63,888 nt of DNA from Bacteroidota bacterium (GTDB lineage Bacteria; Bacteroidota; Bacteroidia; AKYH767-A; OLB10), in the NCBI GenBank assembly GCA_024638565.1, contig JAHEKC010000006.1, positions 1 through 63,888 of the forward strand, given 5' to 3'. The position numbers and the translations under genes were made by a program. This document shows, piece by piece, positions 27,701 to 35,854 of the stretch. The first letter of the stretch is position 1; every line of letters begins with the position of its first letter. The notes beneath the pieces were generated by a model. That model made no database searches. It was not told the DNA's origin and saw nothing but the letters and a program-made list of their open reading frames with translations.

Positions 27701-28617
27701 TCCGGCGGGTTGTTCGGTACGTTAAACGTGGGGATGATGCATCCGGAGATAAGGACCACGTTGATCTCCCGCCATACCTCGGCGGCAAGCACGCCGCACT
27801 TGTAGGCCGAAGCCTTGATGCAGGTGGCGAAATAGCCCTGCGTAAACGAGGTGTACTCGATCTCTCCCGTCAATGGATCCAGCGTGACCGCCTGGTTCTG
27901 GGGGTGCTGGTTTACACTGGGCAATGGACTGATCACTGAATACCCCGGCGCGAACGGTACCGCCTGGTTCGGGGGATTGTTGTTGTCGTCCAGCAGGATA
28001 TCCCACGAATAGGAAATCGAATCCAGCTCGGGGTCGATGGCGTTGTGGTTATAGGTGAACGGGTAGCCGGTGCAGATGATCGTACTCGGCTTCTCAGCGA
28101 AATAAGGTGATGCGTCATTACACTGTCCCGCCACGAAATTGTTGTACGGGAACATCCTGGCCCGCAGGGCGAAGCCATAACTTCCCCCGTTGACTACGTT
28201 GTCCAGCGCACCACTGCGGCAGCATGACTTGTACCAGAACGTCCACCCGGTGGCAGGTGGCGTGCCGGGCAGCACGGTAGGGTTGGACTGGAAAACGAAC
28301 TCCTCCACGGCGCCGTTGCCGCCCGACGGGCAGGTGGGACAATTGGAGGAACCGGACGTATTCGAGCCATCGGGACTGATATCCGTCTGGGAGATCAGGT
28401 TCATCGGGATACTTGAAATCCCCGGGACATTCGTTTGCAGGGAAAGATTCTGGGGGCCGGGAATACCATTGCAGTCACGGTAAAACTTCAACTGGAACAC
28501 ATAACTTGTTCCGTTACACCACCACGTAATCTCTCCCCCCATGCCATGTGAGGCATGTGCGCTTTGCGCAAACAGAATCACTATAAAAAATGACAGAATC
28601 GACTTGGCCAATCTCAT
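21799..28617 (-). CDS. giant T9SS-secreted cell-surface adhesin-like protein (SprB-like repeat protein) with 14 tandem Ig-like modules, 2 PKD domains and a type-B T9SS C-terminal sorting domain
   Basis: Signal peptide ILSFFIVILFAQSAHA. Modules are L-P-T-A-x-[IL]-x-G-x-x-x-I-C-D-G ... Y-x-Y ... G-P-F ... T-Y-T ... C-x-G ... V-T-V. PKD motifs are WDLGDGEFS and WDFGNGATS. The C-terminus FFVPNAFTPNGDGLNETF...GTYVYAIK matches the gliding-motility-associated C-terminal domain. Confidence 0.85.
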   Translation of the reverse strand: MRLAKSILSFFIVILFAQSAHASHGMGGEITWWCNGTSYVFQLKFYRDCNGIPGPQNLSLQTNVPGISSIPMNLISQTDISPDGSNTSGSSNCPTCPSGGNGAVEEFVFQSNPTVLPGTPPATGWTFWYKSCCRSGALDNVVNGGSYGFALRARMFPYNNFVAGQCNDASPYFAEKPSTIICTGYPFTYNHNAIDPELDSISYSWDILLDDNNNPPNQAVPFAPGYSVISPLPSVNQHPQNQAVTLDPLTGEIEYTSFTQGYFATCIKASAYKCGVLAAEVWREINVVLISGCIIPTFNVPNNPPDVTVIDRKTGFPLPNNSFVVYAGDTVMLRLNALDNDPHPILGVQTVTFSASGSELSNTYTNPNTGCILPPCATTNLALPLSAPFGTQLLFDWQTTCGHLGFDTACTHISNTYNFVIKVSDDYCPANAIDVTTLSLTVTRPPKLDPPEIKCVDVMNLAGDVELTWTPPSPRDTFNTFAQYEIYGATTLAGPWIKMDSIYGSLSDFYTTNLVIPAAKQQTLLGTDAQQQGLYFQMYTRCGCDSDSVSAPSNVARSMYVTTGPQPNGSVDVTWNPVHNPLLSTSNQMYYIWKEFPIGTWTLIDSTQHPNTSYNDLTTQSICDDTLAYRIQTSDTGPPCESWSSHGGIHVVNSAPLAVISPSNPSFCTGGNVTLTANPGGSNYQWSGAATGSGQSILATAPGTYTLTVTYNPGGCTSDTLITVVQNVVPTATLAGTAAICDGDLTNLTITFTGPGPWNYEYNTPAGTSGILSTGTNPLVIPVSPSASFNYTLLSLSNADCPGTIAGNANITVNPLPQATLSGSTAICDGETTGLNIAFSGAPGPFFYTYNPGAVMVGPVGNPATLNVTPAATTNYTLVSVSNALCEGNVAGNANVVVNAIPQAAISGTTDICDGQSTNVSITFSNAPGPYDFTYNPGNVTVLGASSPHVIPVTPGATTSYTLVAVANANCQGTVSGNATVTVHSLPTAALTGTQDICVGESANLNVTFANAPGPYDFTYNPGNITVNGATSPHQLSVTPGATTNYTLVGVSNQWCTGSVSGTATITVNPLPTAQITGTQTICDGDPATLNVTFTGTGPWNYSYLANGNPVGPFNVAASPATINVSPNATTTYTLPPTISDANCTGTGTAGTATVTVTPLPTAAISGTTAICDGQSTSVTINFAGQAPYIYSYLENGNPVGPFNTNNASVSIPVSPTSTTTYTLPVSISGNGCDGTTSGSAVVTVHPLPTAQITGTQTICDGEQATLNITFTGTGPWDYSYMENGTPVGPFTSNTATAVINVTPSATSTYTLPATISDVNCTGTATSGSAVVTVTPLPTASMSGTTAICDGQSTNVTITFNGQAPYTYSYLEGGTLMGPFNTNANSVTIPVSPTTTTTYSLPAVVNGNGCDGTTSGNAVITVHPLPTAVVAGTPEICVGDQATFNITFAGTPPFDYTYSDGTNTFGPFTASANPEVVTVSPSATLTYTVVAVSDDNCTGSASGQATVTVHQLPTAQISGTQTICDGDQANLTINFTGQAPFTYEYTDGISTFGPFNTNNASVTLPVSPSVNTTYTAVMVNDDKCTGTVSGQAIVSVTPLPTATLIGNPVICDGQSTTLTVNFTGVAPFDYSYSDGTNVFGPFTSNNTSVTLNVAPTSTTNYSLTATVTGAGCTGTTSGQSTVTVHPLPTATVVGNSTICDGEQTSFDITFTGNPPYDYTYSDGTTTYGPFNTSSPTETIIVTPSTTTTYTVTVVSDVNCTGSASGQAQVTVNPLPTATLTGTTDICINNNANLSLAFTGTAPFTYSYNDGTTTFGPFVTSNNPASISVAPGNTTTYTALTVSDDNCTGTASGQATVTVHELPTAVISDDSEICFGKPTLFKVTFNGAAPYTYEYTDGTSNYGPFSTSNNPATISVSPGVSTVYSLVSVSDAWCVGSGSGTASVTVNQLPTPAVTGINEICDGESTTFTTGLYVGYQWSNGETTQAININAGGNYVVTVTDGEGCTNTAALLLTVHETPVVSFTHDTSLSCETVAINLINTSSYPAGSMFYWDLGDGEFSSEASPSHIYPDSGFYTVSLAIISQEGCADSTEQQIYVMYYPLPIAEFDLDPREVSVFNSSVQFTDQSQHAVSWFWDFGNGATSYQQNPLVYFDEPGKFFVDLTVTNITGCKDRYREEVYITPFFVPNAFTPNGDGLNETFFNVGYQMDVKSYSMSIFNRWGQKVYENSDIRESWNGTDRSGNAAPQGTYVYAIKVMTRTGKEYYYSGALNLIR
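22779..26433 (-). repeat. 14 tandem ~261-nt (85-90 aa) coding repeats inside the adhesin gene
   Basis: Module starts (LPTA-type) at aa 729, 815, 900, 985, 1070, 1159, 1247, 1337, 1424, 1511, 1598, 1686, 1773 and 1860, ending at 1947 by my residue count. Confidence 0.8.
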
Positions 28618-28832
28618 GAGCTGGTATTTTGGTTCTTAATTAGTTTGATGCATTTCGAAGCCAAATGGTTGCATCCGCAATGCGCATCGTTCGCCTGCTT
28701 ATCTACAGTACCCAACAAATATACGGGTGAAAAGGTTAAAACCCACTATTTATTAGTGAGTTATCCACGGTTTTGGGCGAATATTTCGGGGGTTTTCGGG
28801 CCCGGATTGAAAAATAATACTTTTGTATGATT

Positions 28833-30110
28833 TTAGCCCACGGAGACCTCCCAGAAGGACTCTTTTTGAAGATATTGCCCTGCCAGTTCCTGAAGCTTTC
28901 CCGGTGTGGCGTCCATCAGCCCGCGCATGAAGTCCCTGTAATACGAAAGGTCCATTCCTGAAAGCATGACATTCCGGAAGGCGGAGGCCGCGGCAAACGG
29001 ACCGTCGAAGCCGCGCTGCAGCATGCCGGCCATGTAATTCCGCACGAGATCCAGCTCTTCATGGCCTACCCTGGTATCAGTAAGCTCCTGAATTTCAGCA
29101 TATATTTCATTAAGCGCATCTTCCCGGGACTGCTTGTTCACCTCCGTGGAGATGTACATGAACCCTGTCCCCGAAAGCGGCACCACGGCTGAGCCGATTC
29201 CATACGAGTATCCCTTGTCCTCCCGGATATTGGACATTAGCCGTGACCCGAAATACCCGCCGAGGATGCAGTTGAGGACTTTCATCGGGATGAAATCCGG
29301 GTGCCGGCGGTCGAACAGCGGCAGGCCCAGGCGCAGGGAGGTCTGCATGGCATCCGGCCATTCACGGCGGATCTTTTCAGGCTGCGGCCGATGGCCGTTC
29401 CCTGCCGCGACGGACTCCGTTGACACGGACCCGAAACCGTCCAGGTGCCTGCTTATGAGTTCAATTTCGCTGTCGGCGACTTTTCCGGATACGATGATGC
29501 CGGCCAGATTGCGGCAATTGCCCTTGTGAAAACCCGCCAGCATCCGGCGATCCAGTGCAGCATATTCCTCTTCCGACTGGTAGTGCCCGTACGGAGAGTC
29601 ATTACCGAACAATGCACGATGCAGGAGCTTACGCGAGACATAACCCACCTTCTTATTCTGCACGCGCTGTCTTTGCATGCTCTGCGTGATATACAATTCC
29701 AGTTCCCGTTCCGGGATGGAGGCCCCGAGGATCGCCTCTGCGATCACGGGCACCACCTCTCCCAGGAACTTGTTCAGGCATACCACTGATACTGCGGCAT
29801 ACTCCGCGGAGCTGTCGCAATCGGCGGAAGCCCCGAAAAATTCGATGCGTTCCGCGATCTGCTCAGCGGTCCGTTGCGCGGTCCCGTTCAGCAGCAGGGC
29901 ACTCACCGCGGGAGCAAGCAGGCGGTTGGGGTCTTCCCGCGTGCCCGCACGGAACAGCAACTCCACGCGGCACACCTCCTGCTGGCCCCCTGGGATGACG
30001 TACAGCGGGGCGCCGCCGGACAGTGATTCAACTAACGGTTCTTGTATACGAAGTTCAGGCGCTGGCCTTACGCGCGGCTCCCTGGTCCTGTCCGGTGTTT
30101 CCATTTGCAT
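28833..30110 (-). CDS. M16 (pitrilysin) family peptidase, non-catalytic partner subunit
   Basis: M16 two-domain layout but no HxxEH motif. It overlaps the upstream active-type M16 gene. The start is uncertain (ATG at 30110 or 30104; the track gives 30152). Confidence 0.65.
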   Translation of the reverse strand: MQMETPDRTREPRVRPAPELRIQEPLVESLSGGAPLYVIPGGQQEVCRVELLFRAGTREDPNRLLAPAVSALLLNGTAQRTAEQIAERIEFFGASADCDSSAEYAAVSVVCLNKFLGEVVPVIAEAILGASIPERELELYITQSMQRQRVQNKKVGYVSRKLLHRALFGNDSPYGHYQSEEEYAALDRRMLAGFHKGNCRNLAGIIVSGKVADSEIELISRHLDGFGSVSTESVAAGNGHRPQPEKIRREWPDAMQTSLRLGLPLFDRRHPDFIPMKVLNCILGGYFGSRLMSNIREDKGYSYGIGSAVVPLSGTGFMYISTEVNKQSREDALNEIYAEIQELTDTRVGHEELDLVRNYMAGMLQRGFDGPFAAASAFRNVMLSGMDLSYYRDFMRGLMDATPGKLQELAGQYLQKESFWEVSVG

Positions 30111-31344
30111 GTTGGGGGTGATAGTAAAGTACCGAGCTGTTGTCCTCGGCAAGCACCTGTCCGGCCACTTCCAGGATCTGCGCGCCCGTCACCTCGTTAT
30201 ACCTTTCCGTGACGTGGTTTACCTGCGAGGCGTCGCCCAGCATCTCGTAAAACGACAGGTTGAGCGCGCGGTGTGCATTCTTGATTTCAGAACAGATTTC
30301 CATGGCCTCCGCCATCTGCTTGGCCTTGGTCAGCTCAGCATCCGGCACGGCGTTGTGCGTGAGTTTCGCCGTTTCCTGCATCAGTGCGGCCTCTGCGTCC
30401 TCCATGGACACCCCGTCCACGAGACGGCCCTCGAATACGAGCAGTCCCTTGTCGAGATCGCCGCTGTGATACGCATGGATCTCGGTAAACACCTGGCGGT
30501 TGCGCACCAGCGAATTGTGCAGCCGTGAGGCATGTCCCTTGGAGAGGATGTCTGCCAGCAGGTCGGTAGCATGGAATTCAGGATCGGTCCGTGCACAGCA
30601 GTGATACACCTTGTAGAGCCTGGCGCCGGGTACGGGCCGGTGCACCACCCGGGTACGTTTTTCATGCTGCCCCGGTTCGGCGGGGTAATCGCGGGCGGGC
30701 GCCCGGCCCGTGGCGATGGGCCCGAACCATTTCTCGCACAGGTTCCGCACCTGCGATGTCTTCACATTTCCGGAAACGGAAAGCACCGCGTTTAGCGGAT
30801 GGTAAAACCGGCCGAAGAAATCCCGAACATCGTGCATGGTGGCGTTTTCGATATGCGAGACCTCCTTGCCAATCGTATTCCACCTGTAAGGATGCACCTT
30901 GTAGGCCAGCGGCTTCAGCAGCAGCCAGGCATCGCCGTAAGGGTAATTGAGGTAATTCTGCTTGAACTCCTCGACCACTACCCGCCGTTGCACCTCGAGA
31001 CTGTGATCGGAAAACGCAAGGCCTGCCATGCGGTCCGACTCCAGCCAGAATGCCGTTTCGATATTCTGGGCCGGGATCGTGAGGTAGTAATTCGTAATGT
31101 CGTTGTTTGTAAAAGCGTTGTTCTCCCCGCCGGCCTTTTCCAACGGCTCGTCGTAATTGGGAATGTTTGCCGATCCGCCGAACATCAGGTGTTCGAAAAG
31201 ATGGGCGAAACCGGTCTTGTCTTCATGCTCGTCCCTGGCCCCCACCTTGTACAGCACGTTCATCGCCACCAGTGGTGTACCCGGATCCTCGTTCACCAGC
31301 ACTACCAGGCCATTGGGCAGGGTGAATCGTTCGAAATTGATCAC
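30055..31344 (-). CDS. M16 (pitrilysin) family zinc peptidase, active-site subunit
   Basis: Inverted zinc motif FAHLFEHLMF (HxxEH) near the N-terminus. GTG start. Confidence 0.8.
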   Translation of the reverse strand: MINFERFTLPNGLVVLVNEDPGTPLVAMNVLYKVGARDEHEDKTGFAHLFEHLMFGGSANIPNYDEPLEKAGGENNAFTNNDITNYYLTIPAQNIETAFWLESDRMAGLAFSDHSLEVQRRVVVEEFKQNYLNYPYGDAWLLLKPLAYKVHPYRWNTIGKEVSHIENATMHDVRDFFGRFYHPLNAVLSVSGNVKTSQVRNLCEKWFGPIATGRAPARDYPAEPGQHEKRTRVVHRPVPGARLYKVYHCCARTDPEFHATDLLADILSKGHASRLHNSLVRNRQVFTEIHAYHSGDLDKGLLVFEGRLVDGVSMEDAEAALMQETAKLTHNAVPDAELTKAKQMAEAMEICSEIKNAHRALNLSFYEMLGDASQVNHVTERYNEVTGAQILEVAGQVLAEDNSSVLYYHPQHANGNTGQDQGAARKASA

Positions 31345-31535
31345 GGGGCAAAGATAGAAGATAGTGGACTGCCGTTACAAGTAAATGACCCGACTAGCGA
31401 TCTAAGATTAGCGATGTCTGGTTTTAGATTTGAAGCTTTTGACGAATCGAAGTCCATTCGCAACCGGTCACGGTTCACGCCTGCCTGCCGGCCTTGCTCC
31501 GCCGGAGCCCCGTTACCCGGGGCGAAGGTGATGCA

Positions 31536-31695
31536 GGCAGGGATCACGGACAGGAATCCGTCATTGCGAGGAGCGCAGCGACGAAGCAATCTCCTGCCCT
31601 GAAATATTATTCGATGGAAAGACATTCGGGTATTGGTTCGGGAATGCCGCGTCGGCCCGATCCCTGCCGGGCGTCAGCCCTCCTCGCAATGACGG
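31536..31695. repeat. composite inverted-repeat intergenic element
   Basis: ccgtcattgcgaggag (31558-31573) is the exact reverse complement of ctcctcgcaatgacgg (31680-31695). ggcagggatc (31536-31545) is the exact reverse complement of gatccctgcc (31659-31668). Confidence 0.8.
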
Positions 31696-31714
31696 AAATC
31701 TGCAACGGCCTCTT

Positions 31715-32665
31715 TCAACCCTCACCCAACCGTTTCCGCGTCATTTCGAATTCCTCCCAGATCTCCCTCACGATATCCGCGGCGGACTTCACCTCTGCCA
31801 GGGCGCCACTCACCTGCCCGATCTCAAGTTCCCCTTCATCGAGGTCCCCTTCGAACATGCCCTGCTTGGCACGCGCCCTGCCCAGCAGTGCTTTCAGCTC
31901 ATCGACCGAAGCACCGCGGTCCTGGGCTTCCCGGACCTGGTCGAAAAACCTGTTGCGGATCAGCCGCACGGGCGTGAGCTTTTTCAGCGTAAGCAGCGTA
32001 TCGCCTTCCTTCGCATCAGCAACGGCCTGTTTGAAGTTGGCGTGTGCCGATGACTCCTCCGACATCACAAACCGGGAACCGACCTGCACGCCCTCCGCTC
32101 CAAGAGCAAAAGCTGCGCACATCGACTTCCCAGTACCAATGCCGCCAGCAGCGATGACGGGGATGGAGACGGCATCGCAGACCATGGGCACGAGGCACAT
32201 GGTGGTGGTTTCCTCCCTTCCGTTATGGCCGCCCGCCTCGAAGCCTTCCGCCACCACCCCATCGACGCCGGCATCAGCGGCCTTTCGTGCAAACTTCGAA
32301 CTGCTGACCACATGCACCACGGTCACCCCCCTTTCCTTCAGGAAGGCGGTCCACGTGGCGGGGTTGCCCGCGGAAGTAAAGACAATCTTCACCCCTTCAC
32401 CCGTGATGATCTCCATGAGCTTGTCAATCTCGGGGTAGAGCAAAGCCACGTTCACGCCGAAGGGCCTGTCGGTGGCCTTTTGGCATTTGCGGATATGCTC
32501 CCGCAGCACATCGGGGTACATGGAGGCGCTGCCAATGAGGCCCAGGGCCCCGGCATTAGCCGCGGCGGCGGCCAGCTTCCAGCCGCTGCACCATACCATG
32601 CCCGCCTGGATGATGGGATACCGGATTCCCAGCAGATCGCAAACCCTGTTCGGTTCGGTATGCAT
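31715..32665 (-). CDS. NAD(P)H-dependent flavin oxidoreductase, nitronate monooxygenase/FabK-like
   Basis: IIQAGMVWCSGWKLAAAAANAGALGLIG and VIAAGGIGTG are the FMN TIM-barrel signatures of the NMO (2-nitropropane dioxygenase) family. Confidence 0.75.
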   Translation of the reverse strand: MHTEPNRVCDLLGIRYPIIQAGMVWCSGWKLAAAAANAGALGLIGSASMYPDVLREHIRKCQKATDRPFGVNVALLYPEIDKLMEIITGEGVKIVFTSAGNPATWTAFLKERGVTVVHVVSSSKFARKAADAGVDGVVAEGFEAGGHNGREETTTMCLVPMVCDAVSIPVIAAGGIGTGKSMCAAFALGAEGVQVGSRFVMSEESSAHANFKQAVADAKEGDTLLTLKKLTPVRLIRNRFFDQVREAQDRGASVDELKALLGRARAKQGMFEGDLDEGELEIGQVSGALAEVKSAADIVREIWEEFEMTRKRLGEG

Positions 32666-32688
32666 ATTATATATATGAGTATCCCAAT

Positions 32689-33297
32689 TCAGCCTGAAAA
32701 GACAAAGGACAGGCAGTCCCAGGCGCAGCGCAAACGTGCGAAATATTCGCGTAACCGGTGATAATGCGGGTGTTGGTAAGGCAGATCCTCATCGGCCGCA
32801 AGGCCATAAGCCGGCAGGCCGGTGCTACGTGCGATAAACAGGATCCGTTCCAGGTGCCGCCGCTGGCTTATGAAAACCACCGTTTTGCCCCCTGCAAGTT
32901 CGCGGACACGCAATACGGTGGGAAACGTCCTCCTGGCATTGGTGTCAAGGATGAGGGCCGATGGGGGTACCTGCCGGAGGATGAGAGCCTGCGCCAGGCT
33001 TTCCGGCTCATGGTAGAGATGGCCGTCGCTCAGTCCCACCAGGACCAGGGAATGCACACGGCCGGCGCTGTACAGCCGGGCAGCCGCATCGACACGGCCC
33101 TTGAAATACAGGTTGTTAACCGAATCACCTGCACCGGGCACCACCCCCATGTCCAGGACCGGAATATCCGTTGGATCAACCTTGATCCTGCCTGCCGTTG
33201 TGTTGGATATGAGGAAGTTAACACCAAAAAACAGCAGCAGGGCCCCGGAGACCGCAAGCGCTGAAAAAAGCACTGTTTTAATAGCTATCCTTATCAT
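32689..33297 (-). CDS. SanA/YdcF (DUF218) family envelope protein
   Basis: An N-terminal TM helix, then GAG...RVDAAARLYSAGRVHSLVLVG...YHEPESL...ISQRRHLERILFIARSTGLPAYGLAA, the SanA-like pattern. ATG at 33297; the track start at 33303 is a TTG. Confidence 0.65.
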   Translation of the reverse strand: MIRIAIKTVLFSALAVSGALLLFFGVNFLISNTTAGRIKVDPTDIPVLDMGVVPGAGDSVNNLYFKGRVDAAARLYSAGRVHSLVLVGLSDGHLYHEPESLAQALILRQVPPSALILDTNARRTFPTVLRVRELAGGKTVVFISQRRHLERILFIARSTGLPAYGLAADEDLPYQHPHYHRLREYFARLRCAWDCLSFVFSG

Positions 33298-33351
33298 TAT
33301 CAATTATTTATGTCAATATTCCCTGTAACTTCTTTTCCTCAGGGCAATTGA

Positions 33352-33359
33352 TAAATTTG
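33352..33359 (+). promoter_or_regulatory. candidate Bacteroidota -7 promoter box (TAAATTTG)
   Basis: Exact TAnnTTTG match 12 nt upstream of the ATG at 33372. It lies inside the over-extended track ORF that starts at 33348. Confidence 0.4.
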
Positions 33360-33371
33360 CAACCCTGCTTT

Positions 33372-34364
33372 ATGAAAATCATCGTGCCCGTGGCGGGCGT
33401 CGGGAGCAAGCTGCGCCCGCATACACATACCCAGCCCAAGGCCCTTGTACCGGTGGCCGGCAAGCCCATCCTGTCCCATATCGTGGACTACCTGGTGGAG
33501 GCCGGTTTCAATGAATTCATCTTTGTCATTGGCCACCTGGGCGACAAGATCGAGGAATACGTTTCAGGCAAGTACCCGAAACTCAAGTCCACTTTCGTGG
33601 TCCAGGAGCCGCGCGAAGGAACCGGTCATGCCCTGTGGCTGGCCCGCGACAAGGTGCGGGCCGACGAGGACATGCTCATCGTGCTTGGTGATACGCTGAT
33701 TGAATTCGATATCGCCTCGGTGCTGAAAAATAAACATTCCTCTTTCGGTGTGAAGAAGGTGGACGATCCACGGCAGTTCGGCGTGGTGGAGGCTGACGGT
33801 GCAGGGCGTATTGTGAGGGTGGCGGAGAAGCCCAGCATTCCCAAGTCGAACCTGGCCATGGTGGGCATTTACCACATCAAGGATTCCCGGACGCTGTTCG
33901 ACGCCATCGAATGGACCATGAAGAACAACATCCGTACCCGTGAGGAGTTCAACCTCACGGATGCCATCCAGCGCATGATCGAGCAGGGCGTCGTATGCGA
34001 GACCTTTCCCGTGGGCAGCTGGTTCGATTGCGGCAGCAAGGCGAACCTCCTGGAGACGAATGCCATCATGCTGAAGAAGGTCGATACCGGGAAGAAGAAG
34101 TACAAGTTCAAAAACACCGTCATCATCCACCCGACCATTATAGGCGAACAGTGCGACATCAGTGATTCCATTATTGGTCCCAACGTCTCGATAGGCGAAA
34201 ACACCACGGTACGGTCATCCATCATTTCCGACTCCATCATCGGCGCATATGCCGAACTGGATACGGCCGTTTTGCACGAGTCGGTCATTGGGAGCGACGT
34301 CTATTTGAAGGGACTGAGCCAAAGCCTCAATATCGGCGACAGTACAGAAATCGATTTTTCCTGA
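33372..34364 (+). CDS. sugar-phosphate nucleotidyltransferase with C-terminal left-handed beta-helix
   Basis: MKIIVPVAGVGSKLRPHTHTQPKALVPVAGKPIL (G-x-G-[ST]-[RK]-L nucleotidyl-transfer loop). C-terminal hexapeptide-like repeats (ISDSIIGPNVSIGENTTV...). Confidence 0.75.
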   Translation: MKIIVPVAGVGSKLRPHTHTQPKALVPVAGKPILSHIVDYLVEAGFNEFIFVIGHLGDKIEEYVSGKYPKLKSTFVVQEPREGTGHALWLARDKVRADEDMLIVLGDTLIEFDIASVLKNKHSSFGVKKVDDPRQFGVVEADGAGRIVRVAEKPSIPKSNLAMVGIYHIKDSRTLFDAIEWTMKNNIRTREEFNLTDAIQRMIEQGVVCETFPVGSWFDCGSKANLLETNAIMLKKVDTGKKKYKFKNTVIIHPTIIGEQCDISDSIIGPNVSIGENTTVRSSIISDSIIGAYAELDTAVLHESVIGSDVYLKGLSQSLNIGDSTEIDFS

Positions 34365-34388
34365 ACCACCGAACCTAACTTTTTCCAA

Positions 34389-35660
34389 ATGCAGAAAGAC
34401 AAGAAAGTTTTCGACCTCATCCGCAAAGAGCTGAAGCGGCAGCGTGACGGCCTGGAGCTGATCGCCTCGGAAAACTTCACCAGCCCGCAGGTGATGCAGG
34501 CCATGGGCTCATGCCTGACCAACAAATACGCTGAGGGGTTGCCGGGCCGCAGGTATTACGGTGGCTGCGAGGTGGTGGACCAGGTCGAACAGCTGGCCAT
34601 CGACAGGGCCAAGACGCTATTCCATGCGGAGTGGGTCAACGTACAGCCGCATTCAGGCGCCCAGGCCAATTTCGCTGCCATGCTGGCCCTGCTGAAGCCC
34701 GGCGACAAGATCCTGGGTTTCGACCTGTCGCATGGCGGCCACCTGACCCATGGATCACCTGTGAATTTTTCCGGGAAGCTGTACAAGTCGTCATTCTACG
34801 GCGTGAATGAAGATACCGGTGAGGTCGACTATTTCCAGCTGGAGCAGATTGCACATCGCGAAAAGCCGAAGCTGATCATATGCGGCGCCTCGGCTTACAG
34901 CCGGGACTGGGATTACAAGCAGCTGCGTGAGATTGCCGATGCACATCAGTCGTTCCTTTTGGCCGACATCGCCCATCCGGCGGGCCTGATTGCCCGCGGG
35001 CTGCTCAACGATCCGCTGCCACACTGCCATGTGGTGACGACCACCACGCACAAGACGTTGCGCGGACCACGCGGCGGCATGCTGCTGATGGGCAAGGACT
35101 TTGAAAATCCCTTCGGCCTGCATACGGCCAAGGGCAAGATCCGCATGATGTCATCCCTGTTCGACAGCGCCGTCTTCCCGGGTACGCAGGGCGGCCCGCT
35201 CGAACACGTCATTGCTGCCAAGGCGGTGGCTTTCGAGGAAAACCTTACCGATGCGTACTTCCGGTATTGCCTGCAGGTGATCAAGAACGCCAAGGCCATG
35301 GCGGAAGCATTTACGGACCGCGGTTACAAGATCATCTCTGGCGGAACCGACAACCACTGCATGCTCATCGACCTGCGCAACAAGGAAATATCCGGCAAGC
35401 GTGCCGAACAGACGCTGGTCAGCGCGGATATCACGCTGAACAAAAACATGGTACCATTCGACGATAAGTCGCCCATGGTCACTTCCGGCATGCGCCTGGG
35501 TACGGCGGCGGTCACCACACGCGGCCTGCGCGAGCCGCAAATGCGGAAGATCGTTGGCTTTATCGACAAGATCCTGATGAACCATGAAGACGAAAAGCTG
35601 ATTAAAGCCGTAAAGAAGGAGGTGAATACCATGATGCGGAAGTACCCCCTTTACAAGTGA
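34389..35660 (+). CDS. glyA: serine hydroxymethyltransferase
   Basis: [19 protein letters not shown] and the PLP-lysine block [14 protein letters not shown]. Confidence 0.95.
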   Translation: MQKDKKVFDLIRKELKRQRDGLELIASENFTSPQVMQAMGSCLTNKYAEGLPGRRYYGGCEVVDQVEQLAIDRAKTLFHAEWVNVQPHSGAQANFAAMLALLKPGDKILGFDLSHGGHLTHGSPVNFSGKLYKSSFYGVNEDTGEVDYFQLEQIAHREKPKLIICGASAYSRDWDYKQLREIADAHQSFLLADIAHPAGLIARGLLNDPLPHCHVVTTTTHKTLRGPRGGMLLMGKDFENPFGLHTAKGKIRMMSSLFDSAVFPGTQGGPLEHVIAAKAVAFEENLTDAYFRYCLQVIKNAKAMAEAFTDRGYKIISGGTDNHCMLIDLRNKEISGKRAEQTLVSADITLNKNMVPFDDKSPMVTSGMRLGTAAVTTRGLREPQMRKIVGFIDKILMNHEDEKLIKAVKKEVNTMMRKYPLYK

Positions 35661-35854
35661 AAAGAATGATGCGTGCAGGGCGGGTATTGATCCGGATACA
35701 TGTTCCGCACGGGCCGTTCCAGGTTCACCCGGTTCACCCCGGGAGTCGCGCAGGGTTTTTCGGTTTAAAACTCAGCATGGCAATCCTTCGAAACAGTTTC
35801 AGGCAGGATAAAATAAACCAGCTACCACCCCGTTTGTTATAGCGACCATAACCC

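Noticed and set aside
28818-28825. Exact TAnnTTTG box (TACTTTTG) on the plus strand.
   Set aside because: It points into the 3' end of the minus-strand M16 gene and has no plus-strand gene downstream. It is probably a chance match in an AT-rich spacer, though an antisense transcript cannot be excluded.
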